From Octopus sinensis (taxonomy: Eukaryota), in assembly GCF_006345805.1 (NCBI RefSeq), contig NW_021832699.1:1-29909 (forward strand): a stretch of DNA of 29,909 bases. Direction: 5' to 3'. The translations under genes were made by a program, and so were the position numbers. Shown here one piece after another: positions 10,701-21,087 of the stretch; within the stretch, counting starts at the first letter, position 1, and every line of letters begins with the position of its first letter. The notes beneath the pieces are model-generated. The model had not been told where the DNA came from and ran no database searches. It was given only the letters and a program-made list of their open reading frames with translations.

Positions 10701-10752
10701 TATAGATAGATCGATAGATAGACAGACAGACAGACAGATAGATAGATAGATA
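10434..10752. repeat. Compound (GATA)n/(GACA)n microsatellite
   Basis: Read directly. Confidence 0.95.
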
Positions 10753-11675
10753 AGCGTGTATGTTTGTGTGTATATATGAACGTACATATATATGTAAGAA
10801 TGTATGCATGCACGGGTTTGTTTGTTTCTGTGTGTGTGTGTGTGTGTGTGCGTGCGCGCGCGCGTACGTGTGTGTGTGTGTGTGTGTAATATACACATGC
10901 ATATTTAAGCATAGCACTTCTCAAACGAGGCGCCTTTAGTTGAGCAGCGAGATATTACAAGTGTTAAAAAGCAAACACAAGTGACACGGAAAGGATATTT
11001 CGACTTTTCAAAATTATCAACTCGTTCGTCCTTGTAACACAATATTCACATAAGTCACCGACATCCATTCGGCTCATTAATCTGCAATTTCTACCCAGAT
11101 ATCTAATTTTATGCAATGTATCGAGGCACATTTTTATTTTACAAAATTCGTTTTTAATACTTAACACTTAACACAACAGAAACATTTCTGACAGCTTTTC
11201 GTACGATGATTTATAAGATTTATGCAACAAGAGAATTCTTTTTTCATTTTTACCCCTAATTTAACTTTTTGCACTCGTTTCGTAGTTTTATTGCTAACGC
11301 CGACGATATCAATATCCACGTAGGGAGGGGAAATACTACCCTAATACTATTTACTGTTCCATTTGAAGCTGTTTATTACTTGAAGTTTTAACAAGACCAA
11401 AATCCTAACCATTTATTTATCTCTGATATCATCAATTCATTATAATAACGTGTTACTTTATACGTTTCATGTAGATGAATGTTTTATTTCAGTTTGGGTG
11501 TCACTGATAAAGTTTGGGGGTCGACGAACAAGTATCGAGATTGTAAGTCAAAGCCACAATGTATATGTAATGTTTTCGTTTTTCTTCTATTCTACCGATT
11601 CCGTTTACACAGTAGGGTTGTAAACTTGAATCGCTTAACTGTCAAAATAGCAATGACTTTTCAGTGTCCATTTTA

Positions 11676-12091
11676 TATTTCTTTACTACCCACAAGGGGC
11701 TAAACATAGAGGGGACAAACAAGGACAGACAAACGGATTAAGTCGATTACATCGACCCCAGTGCGTAACTGGTGCTTAATTTATCGACCCCGAAAGGATG
11801 AAAGGCAAAGTCGACCTCGGCAGAATTTGAACTCAGAACGTAGTGGCAGATGAAATACCTATTTCTTTATTACCCACAACGGGCTAAACATAGAGGGGAC
11901 AAACAAGGACAGACAAACGGATTAAGTCGATTACATCGACCCCAGTGCGTAACTGGTACTTAATTTATCGACCCCGAAAGAATGAAAGGCAAAGTCGACC
12001 TCGGCGGAATTTGAACTCAGAACGTAACGACAGACGAAATACGGCTACGCATTTCGCCCGGCGTGCTAACGTTTCTGCCAGCTCGCCGCCT
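11676..12091 (-). mobile_element. SINE family A head-to-tail dimer
   Basis: Full unit ~11858-12091 plus a headless 180-bp unit 11676-11857. Confidence 0.92.
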
Positions 12092-12720
12092 TTTGAGTGT
12101 CCATTTTAATTCGAGGGAACAAAACAGTGTTACGAGGGGACACATGAAGAAATATCACAGATGTGGTCGGAGAGGAAATTGAAGCCCAATAACAATTCGT
12201 AGACTGTATAATGTCGAGCTACAGGAGCCCAGCAGCAACAGTAGCAGCAGCATCGCGACAATCACCATCATCACCACCACTAGCGCTACAGCCGTCGCAA
12301 CCACCACCACCAGCGCCACCCCCCTCTCCCACCATTAAAATTTCAAGACGAAGCCCGAGCAAGGCCGTAGTCTAATGACTGAAACAAGTAAAAGATAGAA
12401 GATAGATATTATTATTACCATATGAACAGCCGGCGTCTAACAGCCAATGAGCGAAGTACGGCTCTTGCTATTCAAGTCCAAACATCTTCAACGTCTGGCC
12501 TCAGGAGTTTTGTCCACGGACATTGCAAGGCTTAAACCAAATGCAACAGGACTTTGGAGTCTCTTGGACTGAAATGTAATATTTGCAAGAATGAAGAATT
12601 CATGCATCGCTGATGCAAAGAGTGAGTGTACGTGGGTGTGGGAGGTGGCTTTGATGCAGGGATATCTACAAGTCTTCCGCAAAATAAACTTGTCCCGTAA
12701 ACTTGAGCATACAGATATAT

Positions 12721-12899
12721 GTGGAAGCACTCCGTCGGTTACGACGACGAGGGTTCCGGTTGATCCGAATCAACGGAACAGCCTGCTCGTGAAATTAACG
12801 TGTAAGTGGCTGAGCACTCCACAGCACAGACACGTGCACCCTTAACTTAGTTCTCGGGGACATTCAGCTGCCCTAACCACTGGGCCATTGCGCCTCCAC
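12721..12899 (-). mobile_element. SINE family C, internally deleted, with 33-bp TSD
   Basis: About 33 nt of head fused to the 3' part of the 13291-13680 element; direct repeat at 12688-12720 and 12900-12932 (1 mismatch). Confidence 0.9.
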
Positions 12900-12943
12900 A
12901 CTTGTCCCGTAAACTTGACCATACAGATATATATATATATATA

Positions 12944-13153
12944 GTTAATCCAAACATGAAAACACAAAGAGAAAACACAACAACGCGAGGACGTGGAACA
13001 AATATAGTATTATTGGACGCTCAGGAAGGAAGGAAGGGAAGAAGGAGGGTTTAACGTTTCGAGCGGAGCTCTTCGTCGGAAACATAGGAGAAGGAAAGAT
13101 CCAGAGAAGGGAAGACAGAGGGAAAAAATCGCCAACGGTACACACGCGGTCAC
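12944..13153 (-). mobile_element. PLE-derived short element with minimal hammerhead
   Basis: Homologous to 15518-15680 and 5312-5472; 3' end GGATTAAC abuts (TA)n. Confidence 0.75.
13049..13083 (-). ncRNA. Minimal type I hammerhead motif with variant core
   Basis: GTTT-CCGACGA-A-GAGCtccGCTC-GAAA-CG-TT-AAAC. Confidence 0.6.
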
Positions 13154-13290
13154 TCGTTAACCCTTTCCAATGGAGAACTCAAAAGGGTTCATGTCTGATG
13201 TTGGGTTAAGCGCATGGATAAATTCCATAAAACAGGTTACAAGTCATATGCTGAAGTAGATTCATTAGACGAGCACCGCTATTCCGTCAT

Positions 13291-13680
13291 CGTGGAGGCG
13301 CAATGGCCCAGTGGTTAGGGCAGCGGACTCGCGGTCGTAGGATCGCGGTTTCGATTCCAGACCGGGGCGTTGTTGTGTGTGTTTATTGAGCGAAAACACC
13401 TAAAGCCCACGAGGCTCCGGCAGGGGATGGTGGTGATCCCCGCTGTACTCTTTCACCACAACTTTCTCTCACTCTTACTTCCTGTTTCTGTTGTACCTGT
13501 ATTTCAAAGGGCCGGCCTTGTCACTCTCTGTGTCACGCTGAATATCACCGAGAACTACGTTAAGGGTGCACGTGTCTGTGGAATGCTCAGCCACTTACAC
13601 GTTAATTTCACGAGCAGGCTGTTCCGTTGATCGGATCAACCGGAACCCTCATCGTCGTAACCGACGGAGTGCTTCCATCC
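13291..13680 (+). mobile_element. Full-length tRNA-derived SINE family C with 10-bp TSD
   Basis: A box TGGCCCAGTGG, B box GGTTTCGATTCC; ATTCCGTCAT at 13281-13290 and 13681-13690. Confidence 0.92.
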
Positions 13681-13794
13681 ATTCCGTCATTCCGCCACCA
13701 CTCTTCCACACGTCCCTCCCTCTACGCATTTGTAGACTTGTAACGATCTTAGAATCGTTACCGTACAGGACAAAATGCTTAGAGTAATTTCTTT

Positions 13795-14030
13795 CGGCTC
13801 TTTACATTCTGCGACCAAATGTCACCGAGGTCGACTTTGCCTTTTATCCTTTTGAGGTCCTTAAATCCTTAAATCCTTAAAAATGTTTTAGCCCGAAGGC
13901 TCCGGCCATGCTGGGGCACCACCGCTGCCAGATCGATAAAAATAAAGAACTAGTGAAGAACAGGAATGGAGAGTATCGACTAAATTCTCACCTCAAAATT
14001 ACTGGCCTTATGCCTAAGTCAGAAACATTG
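13795..14030 (+). mobile_element. Degraded SINE family A, interrupted by a family B tail fragment
   Basis: CCGAGGTCGACTTTGCCTTTTATCC at ~13826; tail ACTGGCCTTATGCC at ~14001; GCGGCCATGCTGG-like piece at ~13900. Confidence 0.55.
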
Positions 14031-14053
14031 AAAAGACCAGAGAGCTGGGAGAA

Positions 14054-14287
14054 CCTATTTCTTTGCTACCCACAAGGGGCTAAACACAGAGGAGACAAAC
14101 AAGGACAGACAGACGGATTAAGTCTATTATATGGACACCAGTGCGTAACTGGTACTTATCTAATCGACCCCGAAAATATGAAAGGCAAAGTCGACCTCGG
14201 CGGAATTTGAACTCAGAACGTAGCGGCAGACGAAATACCGCAAAAGCATTTCGCCCGGCGTGCAAACGTTTCTGCCAGCTCGCCGCC
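14054..14287 (-). mobile_element. SINE family A, full length
   Basis: Reverse complement of 4896-5123. Confidence 0.9.
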
Positions 14288-14319
14288 TGGGAGAACCGTG
14301 AGCATATCGGACATAATAC

Positions 14320-14512
14320 TTAGTGGCATGCCTTACGGCTCTTTACGTTCTGAGTTCAAACGCTGCTGAGGTCGACTCTGCCTTTCATTCTTTCGGAGTT
14401 GAGGAAATAAGTATCAGTTGAACAATGGGGAGGGTGGGGGGGCTTTCGATGTAATCGATTTTTCCCTTCTTACAAAATTTCACTCCTTGCGAACACAATA
14501 GGGAAGTATTAT
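14320..14512 (+). mobile_element. SINE family A, diverged
   Basis: ACGTTCTGAGTTCAAA..GAGGTCGACTCTGCCTTTCATTC. Confidence 0.75.
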
Positions 14513-14522
14513 TCAACACAGT

Positions 14523-14693
14523 CGAGGTATGGCTCGGTGGTAAGAAGTTTGCTTCCCGACTACATGGTTCCGGGTTCAGTCCCACTACGTGCCACCTTGA
14601 GCAAGTGTCTTCTACTTTAGCTTTGGGCCCACTAAAATCTGAGTGGATTTGGTAGACGGACACTGAAAGCAGCCCTTCGTATATATACATTCA

Positions 14694-14724
<31 letters not shown>

Positions 14725-15040
14725 TCTATAGATATATAGAAAGAGAGAGAGAGAGAGAGAGAGTTAATAGATGAGATCTATATATATATCTGATGAAATG
14801 AATGCGTGAACATGATATACCCGATGTCCATGTGTTTTATCCCCACTATCACTTGAGAACCGATGTTGGTGTATTTACGTCCCTGTAACTTAGCATTTTG
14901 GCCAAAGAGACCAATAGAGTAAATACCAAGTTTTTTTTTAAAAAGCACCAAGTTCGATTCATTCAAAAGTTTCTCAAAGCGATGCTCCAGCATGGCTACA
15001 GCCAAATGACTGAAACTAGTAAATGATAAAAGTAAAAAAA
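14523..15040 (+). mobile_element. SINE family B, diverged, with expanded internal microsatellite
   Basis: Head TGGCTCGGTGG..GGTTCAGTCCC, internal CA/TA/GA tracts, tail CAGCATGGCTACAGCCAAATGACTGAAAC. Confidence 0.8.
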
Positions 15041-15046
15041 ACATTT

Positions 15047-15250
15047 AGGCAGCGAGCTGGCAGAAAGGTAAGAGCATTGGTGTTGGTGGTGTTGAGAAAA
15101 ACCTTGCGATATATTCTGATTTCGAATTCCACCGAGGTCAAATTTGCTTTCCATCACCCTGTGGTTGATTAGATAAAGCAACAATCTAGTACTGAGGTTG
15201 ATAGTTTTGACTTATTTCTTATCTCAGAGTTGCAGGCCTTGTACCTATAT
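15047..15250 (+). mobile_element. SINE family A, diverged
   Basis: GGCAGCGAGCTGGCAGAAA..CCGAGGTC..GCAGGCCTTGTACC. Confidence 0.7.
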
Positions 15251-15322
15251 CCTAACTCAACCAATTAGCCAGACGATTTCTTTTTCTATAATCTTTAATT
15301 AAATAGACGCAAAAATAACTGA

Positions 15323-15362
<40 letters not shown>

Positions 15363-15483
15363 TGGCCTGCTCGCTTAGCCAGCGGGGTGGCGTTATTTCA
15401 AGGCTAAACTGCGAAGTGCATTGTGACCAGCGATGTGTAACAACATCTGATAGCCTCGTCGGTCACGGTGATCACGGTGATAT

Positions 15484-15517
<34 letters not shown>

Positions 15518-15520
<3 letters not shown>

Positions 15521-15680
15521 TATCCAAACAAAAAAGCACAAAACACACAACGCGAGGACGTGGAACAAATATAGTATTGTTGGACGTTCAGAAAAGAAGG
15601 AAAGAAGGGGGATTTAACGTTTCGAGCGGAGCTCTTCGTCGGAAACATAGGAGAAGGAAAGATCCAGAGAATGGAAGACA
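15518..15680 (-). mobile_element. PLE-derived short element with minimal hammerhead (motif at 15612-15646)
   Basis: Near-identical to 12944-13115; same CCGACGA core; abuts (TA)n. Confidence 0.75.
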
Positions 15681-15763
15681 TATGTATATTTTTTTTGCTT
15701 GTTTCAGCTTAGAGCTGCGGCCATGCTGATGCACCGCCGTATTATTATATTATTATAGATATA

Positions 15764-15804
<41 letters not shown>

Positions 15805-16321
15805 CGCAGAAACATACACGCCATTACACGTACATATATGTATATGTATTGACATGAAGTCTCGCAGACATTGTCTGTTGTGTTGCTGTTGATTTTAGAC
15901 GAAGACTCTGTTGGACGCAAAAAAAATTTTCTATTAAATTCATTTTAAACAAACAAATTCAATCTATTACAGAAAGGAATCTGTCCCTAAGATAAATACT
16001 GTTTTGCCTTTCCCCTGTGAAAAGAATATTATTTATATAAGTACACACACACACACACACACACAAATAAATATGCGTGTGTGTGTGTGTGCGTGTGTGC
16101 GTGCGTATACAAATATATATATGCTATGTACGTACAAACTCACGCATCTATACATTTGTACACATATACACTTATACATGTATGTGTTTGTATGTATATA
16201 TATATATGTGTGTGTGTATGTATATACATGTATATATATATATATATATTATATATATATATATTATATATATATATAATATGTGGTGTGTGTGTGTATA
16301 TATTGTATGTATGTATACTCA

Positions 16322-16508
16322 TTTACTTGTTTCAGTCATTTGACTGCGGCCATGCTGGAGCACCGTTTTTAGTCGAGCAAATCGACCCCGGGACTTATTC
16401 TTTGTAAGCCCAGTACTTATTCTATCTGTCTCTTTTGCCGAATCGCTAAGTTACGGGGACGTAAACACACCAGCATCGGTTGTCAAGCAATGCTAGGGAG
16501 ACACAAAC

Positions 16509-16556
<48 letters not shown>

Positions 16557-16722
16557 ATACGACAGGCTTCTTTCAGTTTCCGTCTACCAAATCCACTCAC
16601 AAGGCATTGGTCGGCCCGGGGCTATAGCAGAAGACACTTGCCCAAGATGCCACGCAATGGGACTGAACCCGGAACCAAGTGGTTGGTTAGCAAGCTACTT
16701 ACCACGCAGCCACTCCTGCGCC
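16322..16722 (-). mobile_element. SINE family B, full length
   Basis: tRNA-like head (GGAGTGGCTG.GTGGTAAG..GGTTCAGTCCC), internal microsatellite, 3' module. Confidence 0.92.
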
Positions 16723-16803
16723 TATATGTATGTGTATATACACACACATCTTATATCTTAGCTGCTTTCTCGTTACGAACAAAGCCATTGCTAGAAAGAA
16801 CCA

Positions 16804-17365
16804 TTAATATAAGTCATTGATGATGCAATGTGAGGCTCTTGTATGACTCTTGAGCCCGGCCAAAGATTCACTCATTCTATTGCATACTGCACAACTGTAC
16901 TGGCTGGCAGAAGAAACAGGTGCCACAGTATGAAGTCTTTTGACATACCTTTTCAATCCTCCAACTGAGAGACACACCTTTCCACATGTTGCGCATATTT
17001 TGTTGTGGACAATAACCACATAACAATTTACCATGGATCGATTCCCGTGAGTTCTTCGATGGCTGACCAGGCCTGCACGACCCGAGTACCTCCTCCAACA
17101 AATCACACACATAAATAGCAACAATCATTTTCCATAAGTTAATTCATGCTAAGCCTTCTTTTGATCTTTTCGGGCCTCATTTCCCCTCTTTCAAGCTTAA
17201 AAAGACCACTGTGCATTCTCTTCCTCTATCCATTTTGGTCTTGTGCCTCCTTCTCCCAGTCAACAACTGAAACTTCTGTCTGTGTCAGAGCAATTCTGAG
17301 GCAGTCCTTGAATCACTGGTCTCCTGCCGTCTCCCATCTCACCATACAAAAGTTGCTTGGGAATT
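16804..17365 (-). mobile_element. RTE-clade LINE 3' end with C-terminal C2H2 zinc fingers, decayed
   Basis: PKQLLYGEMGDGRRP/FKDCLRIAL..DWEKEAQDQNG*R, then AGLVSHRRTH, CATCGKVCLSVGGLKRYVKRLH and CAVCNRMSESLAGLKSHTRASH. Confidence 0.82.
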
Positions 17366-17447
17366 CTTTCAAATACACATACATACATATACACAAGCGT
17401 ACATACACTCACACACACGTGTCGTATATATGTATATATATATATAT

Positions 17448-17652
17448 ATGTATGCGTGTGTCTGTGTTCGTCCCCCTAGCATTGCTTGACAACCGATGCT
17501 GGTGTGTTTACGTCCCCGTTCGGCAAAAGTGACCGATAGAATAAGTACTGGGCTTACAAAGAATAAGTCCCGGGGTCGATTTGCTCGACTAAAGGCGGTG
17601 CTGCAGCATGGCCGCAGTCAAATGACTGAAACAAGTAAAAGAGTAAAGAGAG
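17448..17652 (+). mobile_element. SINE family B 3' module
   Basis: CCCCTAGCATTGCTTGACAACCG...ATGACTGAAACAAGTAAAAGAGTAA. Confidence 0.9.
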
Positions 17653-18301
17653 TATATATATATTTGTGGGGGGGGGTGTATGTATGTATATACATACGTT
17701 TAAACAAATCTATACAGACACGGACACACATAAAATATATAAAAATATGTGTATGTCTGCATGTGTGGGCGGTGTGTCGATATACTCCAGTCAAAGCATT
17801 AACGTGTGTGTGTGCGTGTGCATATCTGTATGCGTGTGTGTGCGAGTGTGTGTGTAGACAAAGATTGTCATACTAAACTTTTCAACATCAGCTTTCGTCC
17901 CTTTTATCTCTTCTTATATTTCTCCTTCTTCAGGAACCTCAGTTATATTATCTGCAATTATAAGCCTTCCGTTTTCTTCTTAATCTTTTTTTCCCCTTTC
18001 TGCTTGGTATCCTCTTCGTCCGGCAGCAGACGTTATTCGTGAAGTAAATACGTTTTGTGCAACATACGCGATTAGCATCTCACTCGCTAGTAATTCGCAA
18101 CTCCTCGCATCTAACAAATAAACGTTATATTTGCCTATCTATTTCTTAAATGTCCGCCCTTTGAACTACTTCTTACTTCTTACTCCCTGCAAAGTTCTTA
18201 ATATCCTCCATATTTAAAATCTCAATAGAAAAGTGATATTTGCTTTTTTAAAATTCTCATATATATATTCAACCCACGATCTTACAGCTATTAAAATCTT
18301 T

Positions 18302-18738
18302 GGCGATCTTTCGTCTCTAGTAGACCTTTCCGTCGATTTCCGTAAAAATTTTTTTTTTTTTTTACATATGGGCTTGCGGGAACTTTTGATGTAATATACA
18401 TACATATACACATACACCGAGTAAAAAATTTCAGTTATCTCTTTCTTTCACACATTACTCTGTCTCTTCACACACACTAACAGAAGCACTTCACTTACAC
18501 AACATACTGTCTGTCTCCCACACCCCATCAAACATACACACACACACGCACGCACACACACATGTACACCAATGCTTCCCTGGGCGGTAACTTCAAAAGA
18601 ACTTCCCTCGTCATACAATCGCTTTCTCTTAGTCTCTTTCGCTCTCATTACTTCAAAAGTTCCCGCAAGCCCATATGTAAAAAAAATAATAAATTTACGG
18701 AAATCGACGGAAAGGTCTACTAGAGACGAAAGATTGCC
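18302..18738. mobile_element. MITE with ~94-bp TIRs and 8-bp TSD, Merlin-like
   Basis: TIRs 18302-18395 and 18647-18738; termini GGCGA/GGCAA; AAATCTTT at 18294-18301 and 18739-18746. Confidence 0.88.
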
Positions 18739-18999
18739 AAATCTTTATCATCGCTGTTGCTGTTGTTCGCTGCTGGCATATCACTGTTTCTGTTGTCTCA
18801 GAGAATCCCACAATTACTCTTCTTTAATCTCTGTTACTTTGAAAACAAAACAACTTCCTGTATGATGTCACGTGACTTAAAACATCGGTTGAAGCAATTC
18901 AAATTTTTTTTTTAAATTCTTTATCTAATGGATTTTTGTATTTATATTCTTTTTAGTGTCTCTTCATTCATCGTTGCTCAAACTCTTGTTATTTGTACT

Positions 19000-19218
19000 T
19001 TACGTCTTTCAGTCTTTAGACTGCGGCCATACTGGGGTACCGCCTTGAAGAACTTTTGGTTGAATGAATCGACTCCAGGACATATTTTTTAAAGCCTGGT
19101 ACTTATTCTATTAGTTTCTATTGCCGAACCGCTAAGTTGCGGGGACGGAAACATATCAACTACCGCTGGCGAGGGACGAACAGAAACACAAAGATACACG
19201 CGCACGTACACACACACA

Positions 19219-19293
<75 letters not shown>

Positions 19294-19410
19294 TACACAT
19301 ACATACACACACACACACACGATGGTTTTCTTTTAAATTCCGTCTATCAAATCGACTCACAAGGCTTTGGATGGCCCATGGCTATAGTAGAAGGCACTTG
19401 CCCAAGGTGT
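19000..19410 (-). mobile_element. SINE family B, headless and diverged, with long internal (CA)n
   Basis: Both modules recognisable on either side of the CA tract at 19207-19320. Confidence 0.8.
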
Positions 19411-20715
19411 CACCTTGCCAAGTTGTTGTTAATATCTTCGTCCACTCACGGCAATTTCTATCCATTTCTGAGCCAACCATAGCTTGTTGTCGTCGTCGTC
19501 GTTGTTGTTTAGGTCCTACACCATGTCAACTTTCATTGGGCAAATGTATTATGAAGAGGAGCTCCAACCGAAATTATCCCGTCTCTTTTTCTTTCTTTCA
19601 GAAATAATCTATCCACAGGACCAAGAAGGTCTGTAACGAGACAGTGTGGGGGGGGGGGAGCTTCAGCTGGAGAACCAACGAAGTGACCCGTGACTATTTG
19701 CTGGGCCCTTTTCTGAAAAAAGAAAAAGGGGGAAAGGAACCCACCTCACAGCCTCTTCCAATTTCGAGAGGCTCCCACCTTCTCTAGGGAGTAGAAGGAC
19801 GAGAATAGTTTTGTTCTGTCTTTTCAAATTATTCTCAGGCGCCATGTTGAATTATATCATTTTAGTTCATTTCTTTTGGTCTGATTTGAGGGAGATTGAG
19901 GAACTATTTCTAGTATGTTGAGCAATTACGATAGGGTTATCTGTTTGGCGCAACTTTTAGTTTCGTTATATCGAAAAGTCCCACAGCCTAAACACGACTA
20001 ATGATACAGTGAGTTTTAGCTTGTGGATCAATTAATTAAATTCGGGAAATATGATCCACAATCCGAACAGCTATAAGTTATATATCTAGGGCTACTGTTA
20101 TGTGTAGTTTTGGTTCTGATGGGATAGACAATCAATTGAAAACCATTGTTATTGTTACGTGTTTATTTTCTATACATGATACACGGACTCGACATTCAGC
20201 GTAGTAATACATTATATACTTTACACACAGTTGTACTGTTCACTAACAAAATAGTGCCAAGAGTGGGGATGTAGTTTGGCATACGCAAACACATATATAT
20301 GAATGTGTAACAGCTACAATGTCGACTGTTTCTATATTTTTAAAACAATAGGGTGTGATTTGAAGGGTGTTTATTAGTTCTTCAAGGTTGAGCGACACTG
20401 TATGGGCATCTTCGTTGGCTTAGCTTGCTCCAAGCCTACATTGATAGAGCAGATTCATGATCAAAGGCATTCCAACAGTGACCATCCTATATTTTCTTTC
20501 AGACTATTTTAGTAGATTTTAAATCAAATATCAGTTAAGATCGTTTCAGAGACTGTGACTGGAGTTTCATGTGCTATTAAGGTCATCAGTGAAAAGAAGA
20601 GGAATTTCGTAAGCATCCAACCGCTAGTTGTATTAGTTCAGGTTAACGTGAATCTAACAAGAAGGGATTCAAATAATTATCAATTTCCTAAAAAAAACAA
20701 AAAAAACACAATATA

Positions 20716-20730
20716 TGTGTGTGTGTGTGT

Positions 20731-20785
<55 letters not shown>
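20716..20785. repeat. (GT)n microsatellite
   Basis: Read directly. Confidence 0.95.
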
Positions 20786-20788
<3 letters not shown>

Positions 20789-20994
20789 GAAAATCTTTAT
20801 TGTCCCCTTTCATTTGTTCTCCCCTCTCAGAACCTTACAGTAGTCTGGAACAACTAAATCTTAGTCAGTCAGTTGATGGGCTCCACTACCTCAAATGTTC
20901 TTAATATTTAAATCCACATCTTTGTCTATATATCTACCTTCTCTATAATGTTGCCACTTGATATGAAAATTTTTGTATTAATGAAAAACCTCTA

Positions 20995-21087
20995 TAATTG
21001 GCTGATGAGTGCTCAGCATTTTAAAACTGTTGTAATACTTACAACATTTAATAAAATGATGTAGTACGAAACGATCGTACCAAATTA
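20995..21087 (+). ncRNA. Type I hammerhead ribozyme with greatly extended stem II
   Basis: Stem I TTGG 20998-21001 / CCAA 21080-21083; CTGATGA 21002-21008; stem II 21009-21067; GAAA 21068-21071; stem III CGATCG; GUA triplet with predicted cleavage after 21079. Confidence 0.8.

Noticed and set aside
10347-10924. Three overlapping 183-186-aa ORFs, and similar YI/CV/HT-rich ORFs throughout
   Set aside because: Stop-free translations of GATA, CA, TA and ATGT microsatellites
12420-12690. Balanced-composition, coding-looking stretch
   Set aside because: Stops in the frames examined and no motif I recognise; needs BLASTx
13291-13375. tRNA gene (also 23505-23583)
   Set aside because: A and B boxes present but continuous with SINE bodies; the 13291 copy is bounded by a TSD
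15850-15915. ATGAAGTCT...AGACGAAG as a decayed hammerhead
   Set aside because: Both core boxes are broken; only a 4-bp stem II
20550-20595. Minus-strand CTGATGA..GAAA-CTccAG-TC hammerhead-like core
   Set aside because: Stem III and GUC fit, but stems I and II do not pair; chance or too decayed
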